Assembly: GCA_964016885.1 (NCBI GenBank)
Contig: OZ024756.1
Location: forward strand, 19,530,001-19,594,000
DNA from: Eledone cirrhosa
Taxonomy: Eukaryota
Length of the DNA stretch: 64,000 nucleotides
Reading direction: 5' to 3'
The notes under the pieces: generated by a model
The model's database searches: none
What the model saw: the letters and a program-made list of their open reading frames with translations, nothing else
Told to the model about the DNA's origin: nothing
Shown: positions 39,190 through 53,799 of the stretch, one piece after another
Position numbering within the stretch: the first letter of the stretch is position 1
Layout of the letters: every line of letters starts with the position of its first letter
Program-made: the position numbers and the translations under genes

Positions 39190-39985
39190 TAGATGATGAT
39201 GATGGTGATATTACTAGTTGTGGTTGTGGTGGTTGTGGTGGTGGCAGTTGTGGTTGTGGTGGTGGTGGTAGTGATGATGATGGCAGTTGTTGTGATGGTG
39301 GTGATAATGATGATGGCTATAGTAGTGGTGGTGGTGGTAGTAGTGATGATGATGGTGATAATAGTGGTGGTGGTGGTGGTGGTGGTTGTAGGGATAGTAG
39401 CAATAATTATGGCAGTGATTGTAGTGGTAGTGGTGGTAGTGGTGATGACGGCAGTGGTTGTGATGATGGCGATAGTGCTGGTGGTAGTAGTGATGATGAT
39501 GGCAGTGCTTGTGGTGGTGATGATGATCATGATAATAGTGATTGTGGTTGTAGTGATAGTAGTGATGATGATGGTTGTGATGGTGGCAGTTGTGGTGGTA
39601 GTGGTTGTGATGATGATAATGTTGATACTAATAGTAGTCGTTGTGGTTGTGGTGGTGGAGGTTGTAGTCGTTGTGGCGGTTGTGGTGGTGGCAGTTGTGG
39701 TGGTGGTGGTTGTGGTGGTTGTGGTGGTGGCGGTTGTGGTGGTGGTGGTTGTGGTGGCGGTTGTGGTGGTGGTGGTTGTGGCAGTTGTGGTGGTGGTGGT
39801 GGTTGTGGTGGTGGTGGTGGTGGTGGTTGTGGTGGAGGCAGTTGTGGTGGTGGTGGCAGTGGTTGTGGTGGTGGTGGTGATGATGATGATGATGATAATG
39901 TTGATACCGATAGTAGTTGTTGTGGTGGTGGTGTTGATGATGATACTGACAATGATGGCAAGCAATGATGATGAAGATGATGTGA
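39190..39985. repeat. Degenerate (GGT/GTT/GAT)n tract
   Basis: Open in several frames on both strands, as expected for trinucleotide repeats. Confidence 0.9.
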
Positions 39986-40176
39986 TAAACTTAAATGTTA
40001 ACAAGAAAGATACTGGAGGTAATTCTGTTCATTTTTCCAGTCTTGTGTGTATGTCTTTATTCTAGTCTCTAAATATTACATTAAGAAAGACGAAACAATG
40101 AAAACTACAATTTTGCACAGCTGTATTTCTTTTATTGCAGGTTAGTTCCATATAAATATACTTTTAATGCTGGTTC

Positions 40177-41700
40177 TGTCGGTAAACATATCTGATATTA
40201 CATAGATCAGAGAATATAGTGCAGGGTAACTGCAGATTATAAATTTATACCTGTAAGATTTATGAGTGCACAGAAAAAGTGCTTTTAGTTAAGTAGAAAC
40301 ATTAGAGAATGAACAGCAAAGAGAAGATAACTTAAACAGATTAAATGATAAAATACTAATACAGCAAGAAAGAAAGAAAGAGGTTTGATATTTAACAAAA
40401 GATTTATTGTATATATACTGGAATATAAGCCGAGGAATATGTGACCAAATAAATCAATGGTAAGGGAGGAGGCAGGCAGCTTATATATGCCATTTAAATA
40501 ATGTGTTGATTAGCTGTCTCAACTTATAAATGGGGTTTCGATTTTTGCCTGTTTCTCAGACATAAAATGGTGGTGGGAGTGGAGTGCTTATTTATATTCA
40601 AGTATATATGGTACTTTTCAAGTGTAAGAAGACAGTCTATTGCTTTGTCGGTAAACATATTTGATACTACATAGATCAGAGAATACACAGAGAGCAGGCT
40701 AACTGCAGATTATAAATTTATAATGGTAAGATTTATGAGTGCACAGGAAAAGTGTTTTTAGGTAGGTAGAAACATCTGGAGTAAAGAGAAGATAACTTAA
40801 ACAGACTATATTATAAAATACTAATACTACAAGAAAGAAAGAAGAGAAAAAAGGTTTGATATTTTTATATAAGACCAAATAATCGATGGTAAGATAGGGG
40901 GGTGGGGTTAGGTTATATATGCCATCTAAATAATGGTTTCAGATATAGGCACAAGGCCAACAATTTGGGACAGGGGAAAGTCGATTATATCGGCCCCAGT
41001 GCATTACTGGTACTTTATTTTATCGATCTCGTAGGGATGTAAGGCAAAGCTAATCTCAGCTGGATTTGAACTCAGAACGTAAAGAGCCGTATCTCTAGGC
41101 CGCGAAGCATGTTGTCCGATGCTCTACTGATTCTGCCAATCCACCATCTAAATAATGTGTTGATTAGCTGTCTCAGCTTATAAATGGTGTTTGGATTTTT
41201 GCCGATTTCTCAGACATAAAATGGTGAGGAGAATGCTTATATTCGAGTACATATGGTACTTTTCAAGTGTAAGAAGACAGTCTATTGCTTTGTCGGTAAA
41301 CATATCTGATACTACATAGATCAGAGAATACAGAGAGAGCAGACTAACTGCAGATTATAAATTTATAATGGTAAGATTTATGAGTGCACAGAAAAAGTGC
41401 TTTTAAGTAGGTAGAAACATTAGAGATTGTACAGTAAAGAGAAGATAACTTAGGCTAAATGATAAAATACTAATACTACAAGAAAGAAAGAAAGAGGTTT
41501 GATATTTAACAAAAGATTTAGAGTATATACTGGAATATAAGCTGAGGAATATGTGACCAAATAATCAATGGTGAAACAGGGGAAGGGTTTATATATGGCT
41601 GTAAATAATGCGTTAATTATCTGCCTTGGCATATAAATGGGGTTTGGGTTTTTGCCCATTTCTCAGATATAAAATAGGGGAGTCCACTTATATTTGGATC
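40177..41700. repeat. Three diverged tandem copies of a unit of about 470 bp; copy 2 carries a SINE-A insertion
   Basis: tgtcggtaaacatatYtgata starts at about 40177, 40646 and 41291. The SINE (minus strand, about 40936-41143) is flanked by a duplicated ccatctaaataatg. Confidence 0.85.
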
Positions 41701-41899
41701 AGCTTATTATATATTTTGAGCAGTGGATTGGCAGTAATCGGTAGAGTGTCAGACAACATGATTTGAGGTATATAGTTACATCCTTTTAGATTCTGAATTC
41801 AAATCCCACCGAGGTTAACTTTGCCTTTCATCCTTACAGGGCTGATAAAATAAAGTACCGGTAATGCACTGGGGGTCAATTTAATCGACTTTCCCCTTT

Positions 41900-42154
41900 A
41901 CCAACAACATCAACACTTCTAACAACAACAACACCACCACTAACACCAACAGCAAGAACACTACCAAGAACACCACCACCACCACCACCACCAACAACAC
42001 CATTAACACCAACAACACCACTAACACCACCATCAACAACAACACCACCACCACCACCAACACCAACAACAACAACAACACTACCACTAACACCAACAAT
42101 ACCACCAACAACTAGAACACTAACACCACCACCAACTGCAAGAACACCACTAAT

Positions 42155-42186
<32 letters not shown>

Positions 42187-42410
42187 CAACACCACCATCA
42201 ACAACACCAACACCACCACCCCAACCACCACCAACAACACCAAGATCAGAAACACCACCAACAACATCAACACTAACAATAACACTAACACCAACAACAA
42301 TAACACTAACACCACCACCAACAAGAATAGTAACATCAATACCAACACCCAAACACTAATGGAACCATCAATAATAATCTTGTTGACAACGACAACAACA
42401 ACAACAACAT
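41900..42410. repeat. Degenerate (CAA/CAC)n tract
   Basis: Trinucleotide-derived, starting inside the 3' part of a SINE-A (41720-41900). Confidence 0.9.
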
Positions 42411-43176
42411 AAAGACAAGGATGGCATTGACAGTGTCATTATCAATAACGACAGGTGTGACCTAAAATCAGCAACAAACACAGCAGTAGACACAACAACA
42501 ACATGGCTGACTTGTTAAGAAATGTCACTTTGAAATAGTTAGGTCAGGTGTTCAATCTTCCTGTGCGGTAGCTTGGACAAATGTCCTTTACCATAACCAC
42601 AGGTCACTTATGAGTGAAACAACTTGCAGATCTGTCAACTCTCCCCATCCCTCAGGGTGATCTCCCACCCACTTTCGGGTGGGTGAGAGATGTCTTCTCT
42701 TGTGAAAATGGGTATGGCTTTCATTATGTAAAAAAGGGCGGTGGATTGGCAGTATCGGTAGAGGGTCGGACGCCATGCTTTGAAACATAGAGTTACCTCC
42801 CTTTATGAAATGAGTTCAAATCCCGCCGAAGTTAACTTTGCCTTTCATCCTTACAGGGTTGATAAAATAAAGTACCAGTAATACACTGGGATAATTGCTG
42901 GCCTCGTGCCAAAAGTAGAAACACTTGTGTAAAATCTCACCATTTTGCCTAATTCCTCCCCGTTTGAGTTTTTAGAGGTTGGCAGGTATGAACTTGGTAG
43001 ACGGAAACTGTTTGGAAGCCCATCAGATAGACTGTACCTATAATCCACAGGAGCCAGCTTTGTCACACACTGTGTCATGCTGAATCTCCCTGAGAATTAA
43101 ATTACGGTTACACATGGGGTCATCCTTGTCACACACTTTGTCATACCGAGTCTCTCTGATAAAATTACATTATTAA

Positions 43177-43384
43177 CCCTTTAGCATTTAAACCGGCCAT
43201 ATCCGGCCAGAATTCACTCACCTCTTTCTATTGAAACCAGCTGTAATGAGCTCCTCATACTAACATTAAGGTATTGTTCTCAAAATAAATAATATCAAAA
43301 TCTCATAGATTCAATATTATGTGAGGTAGAGCTTTTACCATGAAAATATAATAGTAAATATAGAGTAATGTAAATGCTAAAGGG
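43177..43384. mobile_element. piggyBac-like MITE family 1, intact 208-bp copy
   Basis: Perfect 14-bp TIR CCCTTTAGCATTTA / TAAATGCTAAAGGG with TTAA on both sides (43173-43176, 43385-43388). CCC termini plus a TTAA TSD are piggyBac hallmarks. Other copies include about 3479-3686 and a fragment at about 55-110. Confidence 0.9.
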
Positions 43385-43881
43385 TTAAGGTTACATGTGT
43401 CTGTGGAATGCTCAGCCACTTACACGTAAATTTCACAAATAGGCTGCTCCATTGATCAAACAACTGGAACAACCATCACTGAACCTGACAGAGTTCCATC
43501 AATGTTGGATGGTAAAAAAAAAAAGCAATCATCCCCAAAATAATAATAATAATAATTGTTTCTACTTTTGGCACAAGGCCAGCAATTACCCAGTGTATTA
43601 CTGGTACTTTATTTTATCGACCCCGTAAGGATGAAAGGCAAAGTTAACCTCGGCGGGATTTGAACTCACAATGGCAAGGGCTGTAACTCTATGCGTCAAA
43701 GCATGGCGTCCAACCCTCTACCGATACTGCCAATCCAATAATAATAATAATAATAATTGTTTATACTTTTGGCACAAGGCCAGCAATTATCCCAGTGTAT
43801 TACTGGTACTTTATTTTATCGACCCCGTAAGGATGAAAGGCAAAGTGAACTAATAATAATAATAATGATAATAATAATAAT

Positions 43882-45083
43882 CATCTAAATAGTAGGAATG
43901 TCATAAGTGCAGTGAATTCCCGAGCTGTGTCTATTATTAGGTACAGTGCGGGAATTCTGAAATGGAATGTTTCTGAACAAAATGAAATGGATAGGAAGAC
44001 TAGGAAGCTATTGACTATCTACAACATGTTCCACAAGAGGAGTGATGTCGATAGACTCTACTTAAGGAGATCTGAAGGTGGAAGAGGTCTTATCAGCATA
44101 GAGGACTGTGTTCAGATAGAGAAAAACAACCTGCACAAATACGTGACTGACAGTAGGGAGCCAATGCTCAGAATTGTACTGAAGGAGAGGACAATAGACC
44201 AGGGGATGTCCAAGGAGGAAATAACAACAAGGAGGAAGAGCAACCTTCATGAAAAATCCCTTCATAGTACCTTCTTTAAGAAAACTGAATTTAGAGATCC
44301 ACAGACATGGAACTGGTTAAAAAGAGGAGACCTTAAAAAGGCTACAGAAGGAATGCTAATGACTGCGCAAGGGCAGGCCCTCAGAACAAAGTGGGTGAAA
44401 CACCATATTTACAAGGAGGAGGCTAGCCCACTGTGTAGGATCTGTGGAGAGAGAGAGGAGACTGTGGCTCACATTGTATCCGAGTGTAAACACCTAGCCC
44501 AGACTCACTATAAAGGCTGGAGACATGATGTGATGGGCAGGGTGATCCACTGGCACCTATGCAAAGTAAACAATTTACAACATTCTGAGAAGTGGTATGA
44601 GCATAAGCCAGAGTCGGTAATAGAAAATGATCAGGTGAAGGTGCTATGGGATTTTAGGATACAGACAGACAAGAAACTGGAACACAATAAGCCTGACCTG
44701 GTGGTTTTGGACAAGGAAAAAAGATCATGCCTGATTGTAGATGTAGCCTGCCCATTTGACACGAGAGTGCAAGAAAAGGAGAGGGAGAAAATTAACCGAT
44801 AGCAGGACTTAAAGTGGGAGGTAAAAAGGATTTGGAATTGCCATGAAGTCAGAGTTGTCCCGATTGTCATAGGCGCACTAGGTACTTTCTCAAAGAGTTT
44901 CCAAGGATAGTTAAAGAAAATTAGTCCAGCCCTGCTTTTCAGAACACTTCAAAAGGCATGCTTGCTGGGAACAGCAAGAACTCTCCGATACGTCCTGAAT
45001 ATCTGAGGCTGCAGGTAGCGGCTTGATATTCATTTCAACAAACTTTCCAGTTAAATAACATCAATGACTGAGACTCAAAGAAC
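43882..45083 (+). mobile_element. R4/Dong-like RLE non-LTR retrotransposon, 5'-truncated 3' fragment
   Basis: RLYLRRSEGGRGL, a CCHC knuckle CRICGEREETVAHIVSEC, RHD, and RLE KPDLVVLD...IVDVACPFD. There are premature stops at about 44800 and 44908, and the natural stop is at about 45006. (TAA)n lies on both sides. Confidence 0.9.
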
Positions 45084-45984
45084 AATAATAATAATAATAA
45101 CTATATTTAATAATAAATCAATCACCAAAGTAGTCGAACCACTAACTTGCTTTTATATCTGAATATTCAATAAGGCTTGCTGCCCACAAAAACTACGCAG
45201 CCCCTAACAAAGAAAAACAAAACAACAATACACACAAAAAACACACAAAAAATCATACACATAAACACACATAAACATAGCTACAAAACAAAAACAAAGA
45301 AAGAAACAACCAAATAAACAACAATTTTACTATCTTTCAACGATTATTCAGCTTAACCAATATCCTGCAATCAACAAGAAGCATGAAATATGAAAGAACT
45401 TCAGAAAATGGCAGAAAAAATAAAAATTAATAAAAATAAAAAAGATATAAAAAAAATAAGTATAAAAATAAAAATAAGTAAAAGAAATTATTAAAAAATA
45501 AATAAAATAAAATAAATAAAATAATACAAAAAAAATATTAATAAAAAAATAATAAAAATTGAAAAGATTAAAAAAAAAATAAATAAAAAAAAAAATAGAA
45601 ATAGAAAAATAGTGGGAGTAGAAATAAAATAAAACAAGTAAAAATAAAAAAATAAAAATGATAATTATTAATGAGCATTTCAGTGAAGCAAATAAATAAA
45701 TAAAACTACCAAATTATATATTATCAGTGGTTAAAATATTTATGCTTCGGCATAATATTCCAAAATTTACATAAAGCAACATCAAAACCATGCAATAATA
45801 GTGGTTTATTGGCCTGAATAAATAATACTTGTTAGAGTGGTGATGGGGTATGGGGGTAGAGGTGTGTGGTAAGGGTGTGGTAGTGGAGTGGAGAGGGGCT
45901 GGGAGAAGTGAAAAAAAGGATTTCTACCATAGAACATGAAAGAATCAGTTATAAGAAAATAGTATGAATATAGATGGTACGTAC

Positions 45985-46485
45985 CATCATCATCACCACC
46001 ATCATCACAACCATCATCATCATCACCACCACCATCATTATCACCACTACCATCACCATTATCACCACCACCACCACCACCACCATCACCATCATCACCA
46101 TCATCACCACCATCACAACCATCATCATCATCACCATCACCATCATTATCACTACCACCATCACCATTATCACCACCACCACCACCACCATCATCACCAT
46201 CACCATCACCATCTCCACCATCATTATCACCACCACCATCACCATTATCACCACCACCACCACCACCATCATCACCATCATCACCACCACCACCACCACC
46301 ACCATCCCCACTACCATCAACATCCCCAACACCACCACCATCACCATCCCCACCACCATCAACATCCCCAACACCACCACCACCACCACCATCACCACCA
46401 CGATCACTACCATGATGACGATCATAATCATCACCATCACCAACATCATCACCACTACCATCACCATCATCATCATCATCACCAC
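45985..46485. repeat. Degenerate (CAC/CAT)n tract
   Basis: Produces the poly-His/Thr/Val/Gly-Asp ORFs. Confidence 0.9.
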
Positions 46486-46564
46486 AGACACACATACACA
46501 CAGAATTTGCTACAAATAGATGCCATGAAGTGATACAGTTTACAGTGGAAAGTGTGTCAGTTTA

Positions 46565-46890
46565 CTGTTAACATAGCTGGTTAACATAGTAATATGCTAA
46601 CATGACTGGTTAACATATTACTATGTTAACATATTACTAAGTTAACATATTACTATGTTAACATATTACTAAGTTAACATATTACTATTAACATATTACT
46701 ATGTTAACATATTACTATATTAACATATTACTATGTTAACATATTACTATATTAACATATATTAACACATTACTATGTTAACATATTAGTACGTATGTAA
46801 AGATATTACTGTTAAGATATTACTATATCAACATATTACTATGCTAAAATATTACTGTTAACATGAGTTAACATATTAGTGTTAACATGA
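46565..46890. repeat. Minisatellite, 16-bp unit gttaacatattactat
   Basis: gttaac recurs at 46625, 46641, 46657, 46673 and onward. Confidence 0.9.
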
Positions 46891-46998
46891 GTGTGCCAAG
46901 CTGTTGTAACTCTCACTGGTTGGCATTGGATGGTCTTTTGTGGCGTCCCTGAGTGCCCCAGTGACTGTTCACCATGCCACTTAGGGAACTGAGGATGT

Positions 46999-47705
46999 GC
47001 CATATATCCTCATTCAAGCTGAGTACCTAGCCTGTCTCAGTTCAATGACTGACCTATGTGGTGAAGAGCTACATCCTACATGAGGTGCCTCTGATATGGC
47101 TATCATAGGATAGTCTAGCAGAACAGGTCGGATCTAAAGGAGTAAACCTCGATAAACAACCTGCTTGTCTCACAGTAAGAGCCACATCTTCATAGGAAGA
47201 GCCACATCTTCATAGGAAGAGCCACATCCTACATGAGGTGGTTCTGATATGTTTTAATATGCCATATATCCTCACTCAAGCTGAGTACCTAGCCTCTCTC
47301 AGTTCGAAGACTGACCTACATGGTGAAGAGCTACATCCTACATGAGGTGCCTCTGATATGGCTATCATAGGATAGTCTAGCAGAACAGGTCGGATCTAAA
47401 GGAGTAAACCTCGATAAACAACCTGCTTGTCTCACAGTAAGAGCCACATCTTCATAGGAAGAGCCACATCTTCATAGGAAGAGCCACATCCTACATGAGG
47501 TGGTTCTGATATGTTTTAATATGCCATATATCCTCACTCAAGCTGAGTACCTAGCCTCTCTCAGTTCGAAGACTGACCTACATGGTGAAGAGCTACATCC
47601 TACATGAGGTGCCTCTGATATGGCTATCATCGGATAGTCTAGCAGAACAGGTTGGATCTAGAGGAGGAATAAACTTCGATAAACATCCTGCTTGTCTCAC
47701 AGTAA
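46999..47705. repeat. Tandem repeat, 262-bp unit, about 2.7 copies
   Basis: gccatatatcctcaYtcaagctgagtacc occurs at about 46999, 47261 and 47523, with an internal agagccacatcttcatagg sub-repeat. Confidence 0.9.
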
Positions 47706-49859
47706 GTAGAAGCTCATGTGACAAACATCAGTTTAATTAGATGATCTCAGCATCGTAGAGAAAAACATACGTACACAGAAAAATTGCTGAATTGTCAATG
47801 AAACCAGACTCAAATATTTAGAATACCAAGCAGGATGTCAGATACATAATCTTCACCTTTGCCTTTGACTCTAAGACTGGTGAAGTTTATGTAACTATTA
47901 CTCACCCTCACCATCTGCAGGAGAAATGACTGAATCAGAGTGATCATCATTGACTTCTCGTTACCATATTTCTAATGAAAGACACTGCCTATATCTTTAA
48001 CTTTTCCATTACCATATTTCTTTAATCTTTAACTCTTTTGTTGCCATATTTCTAATGAAAGACACTCTGTTCTTAATTCTTTCATTTCCACATTTCTAAT
48101 GAAAGACATTGCTTTTTTCATTAACTCTTTCTTCACCATATTTCTAATGAAAGATATTGCTTTTTTCATTAACTCTTTCTTCACCATATTTCTATTGAAA
48201 GACATTGCTTTTATCTTTAACTCTTTCATTACCATATTTCTAATGAAAGACGCTGCCTATGTGTTTCAATTGATTTTGAAAATATTTGCAGGAATTTCTC
48301 TTCTACCGGAATTTAAACCCATTTTAAAATACGAATACTCTTTTATTAAACTGATGTGTCTTTTCACCACCATTTTTATTCCTCTCTATTAAGGAGAATA
48401 AAGAAAAACAATCTCCTGACTGAATCTATTAACATTGTTTTAGGCTGCCACATATTTAGCTCAAAAGCTTGGAGGAATTTGGTAAAATAAATCATTGGAC
48501 AGATTTTTATAGGTAAAGCTAACCGGCAGGAGAACCAGAGGTAAACCACAAACAAGATGGTTGGACAACACCCATGTGATCAGTTGGAGATCTAGCTGGA
48601 TCAATTAGAGACTGTTGTTTCTGATAGGACCTTCTGGAAGGTGTGTTTGAGGATTCTACCCCCAATGACCCGCTTTGAAATATATGGGAGTGGGGGTAGA
48701 AGAAGAAGGCGAAGAAGAAGGCAAAGAAGAAGGCAAAGAAGACAAAGAAGAAGAAGAAGGCAAAGAAGAAGAAGAAGCAGCAGCAACAACAGCAGAAGAA
48801 GAAGAAGAAACTCTTTAGTAGTTTCTCACAAGGCATTAGTTAATCTGAGACTATAATAGAAGAGATTTGCTTAAGACGTCACACAATGAGATCAAACTTA
48901 GAACCGCATGGTGAAGTAATGGAACCTTTAACCACACAGCTATGCCTGTGTCCACATATTTTTTCCATTCCTTTCCCCTCCCTCCAGTCACAGAGGTGTT
49001 GCACATATGTCATGGGTGTTGCCATTTCTCCTCGGTCTAAACTTTAACCCCCACAAAACAAAATAAAAAAATTTCTTTTAAAAAAAAGAAGTGTATTTAT
49101 AAAAAAACAACAAGAAGCTAATTTGTACCAGTAAAACAACAACTATAATATAATATTTAGATAAAGAAGAGTAAAAACTTCAACAAAAATAACTGCAGTC
49201 TTGGGATTAGCAGCTAATGGAAACAAAAAACCAACAGTTCACATGTAGCAGAAAAACAGCAATTTGAGAGATTCTGAAAAGGTCAGAATTGGTTTAAAAT
49301 TCAGTTTTGGGAGTTGGAAGCATTTTAAATTTCATCGCAAGTTTTGTTTTTATTATTAAGACTGCTACGAGGGCGGTGGATTGACAGTACAGTATCGGTA
49401 GAGCGTCGGACAACATGCTTTGTGGCATTAAGTTACGGCCCTTTATGTTCTGAGTTTAAATCCTGCCGAGGTTAGCTTTTGCTTTTCATCCTTACAGGGT
49501 CGATAAAATAAAGTACCAGTAATGCACTGGGGTTGATTTAATCAACTTCCCCTTCCCTCCAAATTGTTGGCCTTCTACCTAAATCAGAAACCATTATTAA
49601 GACTTCTAAGGGCGATGGATTGGCATATCGGCAGAGCATTGGACAATGTGCTTTGAGGCATATAGTTTTGGTTCTTTATGTTCTGAGTTTAAATCCCGCC
49701 AAGGTTAGTTTTGCTTTTCATCCTTACAGGGTTGATATAATATGGTACCAGTAACACACTGAGGTTAATTAAATCGACTCCCCACCCCCAAAATTGTTGG
49801 CCATGTCCCTAAATCAGAAACCCAAAATATATAGGCCTTCACTTTGAGGTTTAATACTT

Positions 49860-52645
49860 CAACAGTAACAATATATAGGTCCTCACATCAACAGTACCAG
49901 AGACTACAATATATAGATCTCCACATCAACAGTAACATATACTACAACCACAATATATAGGTCCTCAGCTCAACAGTAACAGATACTACAACCACAACAT
50001 ATAGGTTAGATCCTCAGCTCAACAGTAACATATACTACAACCACAATATATAGGTCCTCAGCTCAACAGTAACAGATACTACAACCACAACATATAGGTT
50101 AGATCCTCAGCTCAACAGTAACATATACTACAACCACAATATATAGATCCTCAGCTCAACAGTAACAGATACTACAACCACAACATATAGATCCTCAGCT
50201 CAACAGTAACAGATACTACAACCACAACATATAGATCCTCAGCTCAACAGTAACAGATACTACAACCACAACATACAGGTCCTCAGCTCAACAGTAACAG
50301 ATACTACAACCACAATATACAGTTCCTCAGCTCAACAGTAACAGATACTACAACCACAATATATAGATCCTCAGCTCAACAGTAACAGATACTACAACCA
50401 CAATATATAGGTCATCAGCTCAACAGTAACAGATACTACAACCACAACATATAGGTTAGATCCTCAGCTCAACAGTAACAGATACTACAACCACAATATA
50501 CAGATCCTCAGCTCAACAGTAACAGATACTACAACCACAATATACAGGTCCTCAGCTCAACAGTAACAGATACTACAACCACAATATACAGGTCCTCAGC
50601 TCAACAGTAACAGATACTACAACCACAATATACAGGTCCTCAGCTCAACAGTAACAGATACTACAACCACAATATACAGGTCCTCAGCTCAACAGTAACA
50701 GATACTACAACCACAATATATAGGTCCTCAGCTCAACAGTAACAGATACTACAACCACAACATACAGGTCCTCACTTCAACAGTAACAGATACTACAACC
50801 ACAACATACAGGTCCTCAGCTCAACAGTAACAGATACTACAACCACAATATATAGGTCCTCAGCTCAACAGTAACATATACTACAACCACAATATACAGG
50901 TCCTCAGCTCAACAGTAACAGATACTACAACCACAATATACAGGTCCTCAGCTCAACAGTAACAGATACTACAACCACAATATACAGGTCCTCAGCTCAA
51001 CAGTAACAGATACTACAACCACAATATATAGGTTAGATCCTCACTTCAACAGTAACAGATACTACAACCACAACATATAGGTTAGATCCTCAGCTCAACA
51101 GTAACAGATACTACAACCACAATATAAAGATCCTCAGCTCAACAGTAACAGATACTACAACCACAATATACAGGTCCTCAGCTCAACAGTAACAGATACT
51201 ACAACCACAATATACAGGTCCTCAGCTCAACAGTAACAGATACTACAACCACAATATACAGGTCCTCAGCTCAACAGTAACAGATACTACAACCACAATA
51301 TACAGGTCCTCAGCTCAACAGTAACAGATACTACAACCACAATATACAGGTCCTCAGCTCAACAGTAACAGATACTACAACCACAATATACAGGTCCTCA
51401 GCTCAACAGTAACAGATACTACAACCACAATATACAGATCCTCAGCTCAACAGTAACAGATACTACAACCACAATATATAGGTTAGATCCTCAGCTCAAC
51501 AGTAACAGATACTACAACCACAACATATAGGTTAGATCCTCAGCTCAACAGTAACAGATACTACAACCACAATATAAAGATCCTCAGCTCAACAGTAACA
51601 GATACTACAACCACAATATATAGATCCTCAGCTCAACAGTAACAGATACTACAACCACAATATACAGATCCTCAGCTCAACAGTAACAGATACAACAACC
51701 ACAATATACAGGTCCTCAGCTCAACAGTAACAGATACTACAACCACAATATACAGGTCCTCAGCTCAACAGTAACAGATACTACAACCACAATATATAGA
51801 TCCTCAGCTCAACAGTAACAGATACTACAACCACAATATACAGATCCTCAGCTCAACAGTAACAGATACTACAACCACAATATACAGGTCCTCAGCTCAA
51901 CAGTAACAGATACTACAACCACAATATACAGGTCCTCAGCTCAACAGTAACAGATACTACAACCACAATATATAGATCCTCAGCTCAACAGTAACAGATA
52001 CTACAACCACAACATACAGGTCCTCACTTCAACAGTAACAGATACTACAACCACAACATACAGGTCCTCACTTCAACAGTAACAGATACTACAACCACAA
52101 TATACAGGTCCTCAGCTCAACAGTAACAGATACTACAACCACAATATACAGGTCCTCAGCTCAACAGTAACAGATACTACAACCACAACATACAGGTCCT
52201 CAGCTCAACAGTAACAGATACTACAACCACAATATACAGGTCCTCAGCTCAACAGTAACAGATACTACAACCACAATATATAGATCCTCAGCTCAACAGT
52301 AACAGATACTACAACCACAACATACAGGTCCTCACTTCAACAGTAACAGATACTACAACCACAACATACAGGTCCTCACTTCAACAGTAACAGATACTAC
52401 AACCACAATATACAGGTCCTCAGCTCAACAGTAACAGATACTACAACCACAATATACAGGTCCTCAGCTCAACAGTAACAGATACTACAACCACAACATA
52501 CAGGTCCTCACTTCAACAGTAACAGATACTACAACCACAACATACAGGTCCTCACTTCAACAGTAACAGATACTACAACCACAATATATAGATCCTCAGC
52601 TCAACAGTAACAGATACTACAACCACAACATACAGGTCCTCACTT
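49860..52645. repeat. Minisatellite, 44-bp unit, about 60 copies
   Basis: Unit caacagtaacagatactacaaccacaatatacaggtcctcagct, with an occasional 49-bp variant containing ggttaga. Confidence 0.95.
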
Positions 52646-53350
52646 TGAAACATTACAATGAAAGATGTTCATCAAGTATTCGCTGTAAATTGGCAACAAT
52701 GTGTTTGTTAATCAATCAACAAGAGTTTCTCTGAGATTTATCAGCAGAGCGTAAGTAGTAGTTTGTAAGAATAGCATCAAACTAAAATAACTTCTGTGAG
52801 AAACATTTATCAAAGAAGCCAGCTATTTATCTTGTATAATAAATAGCCCGTGAGGTGTGAATATAACCTTCATTTGAAACACTGACCCAGGAAACAACCA
52901 ATGATTTTGACTCAAATTGTAACAGCTGTTTGAAACATATGTTACACAAAACTAAAAACAACACACAAAGAGAAAGAAAAAAAAAATAAAAGAAAAAAAA
53001 ATAACAAACAAAAACACAATACAAAAACATTATCAAAGATAAATTTAAATAATTTTAAAAGCCATACAATGCATTAGAAAATTAAAGGTGCCAAGATAAC
53101 GATAGAATCATCATCATCATCAATTAACATCCATCTTCCACGCTAGCATGGGTTAGACTGGTCCCATTTAGAGGCAAGTTGGGTTGGGTGACAGTGTTTC
53201 GCTCAGATAGGGGCATTTCTGGCTGGTTTTCTACGGCTGGATACCCTTCCTAACGCCAACCCCAACGACAGTGTGTGCTGGGTGCTTTTTGCCGTGTCTT
53301 TTACATGTCCACTTAACAAATTCAATTATCCCAAATATTTTCGGGTTTAA

Positions 53351-53590
53351 CCCTTTAGCATTCACATTACTCTCTCTCTATATATATACTATTATATATA
53401 CTATTATATTTTCATGGTAAAGGCTTTACCTCGCATAATTATCTCACATAATATCGAATCTATGAGATTTTGAAAGTATTTATTTTGAGAACAATACCTT
53501 AACATCAGTATGAGTGGCCAGTTACAGCTAGTTTCAACAGAAAGAGGTAGAGAATTCTGGCCGGTTTTGGCCAGCTGGAACATTAAAGGG
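53351..53590. mobile_element. piggyBac-like MITE family 1 copy (reverse orientation)
   Basis: TTAA at 53347-53350 and 53591-53594; the ends are CCC and GGG. Confidence 0.85.
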
Positions 53591-53799
53591 TTAAAAACCC
53601 ATTATCAATGGAGTATCATTGCGAAGGTCTTAAAGCATCGGTCAGAGATAAGTTGTTGTTACGAAGGAAGATTCTATTGTTATCTTGGCATCTTTAATTT
53701 TCTAATGCTTTGTATGGTTTTTAGAATTATTTAAATTTATATTTTCTATTCAACAATGCTTCAAGCAAACTACTACACTCTATTATCAAAGATATTTAA

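Noticed and set aside
39183-39968. Gly/Cys/Asp-rich 261-aa ORF resembling a keratin-associated or structural protein
   Set aside because: It lies wholly in a degenerate trinucleotide tract that is open in several frames on both strands, has a non-ATG start and shows no splice signals.
45806-46533. Poly-His, poly-Thr and Gly-Asp ORFs (also 32617-33382, 34296-35098, 41876-42352)
   Set aside because: Translations of (CAC/CAT/GAT)n microsatellites.
49860-52645. CRISPR-like regular arrays (also 121-1050, 9295-10770, 11833-13335)
   Set aside because: The units are contiguous near-identical repeats without unique spacers, there are no cas genes, and the context is eukaryotic.
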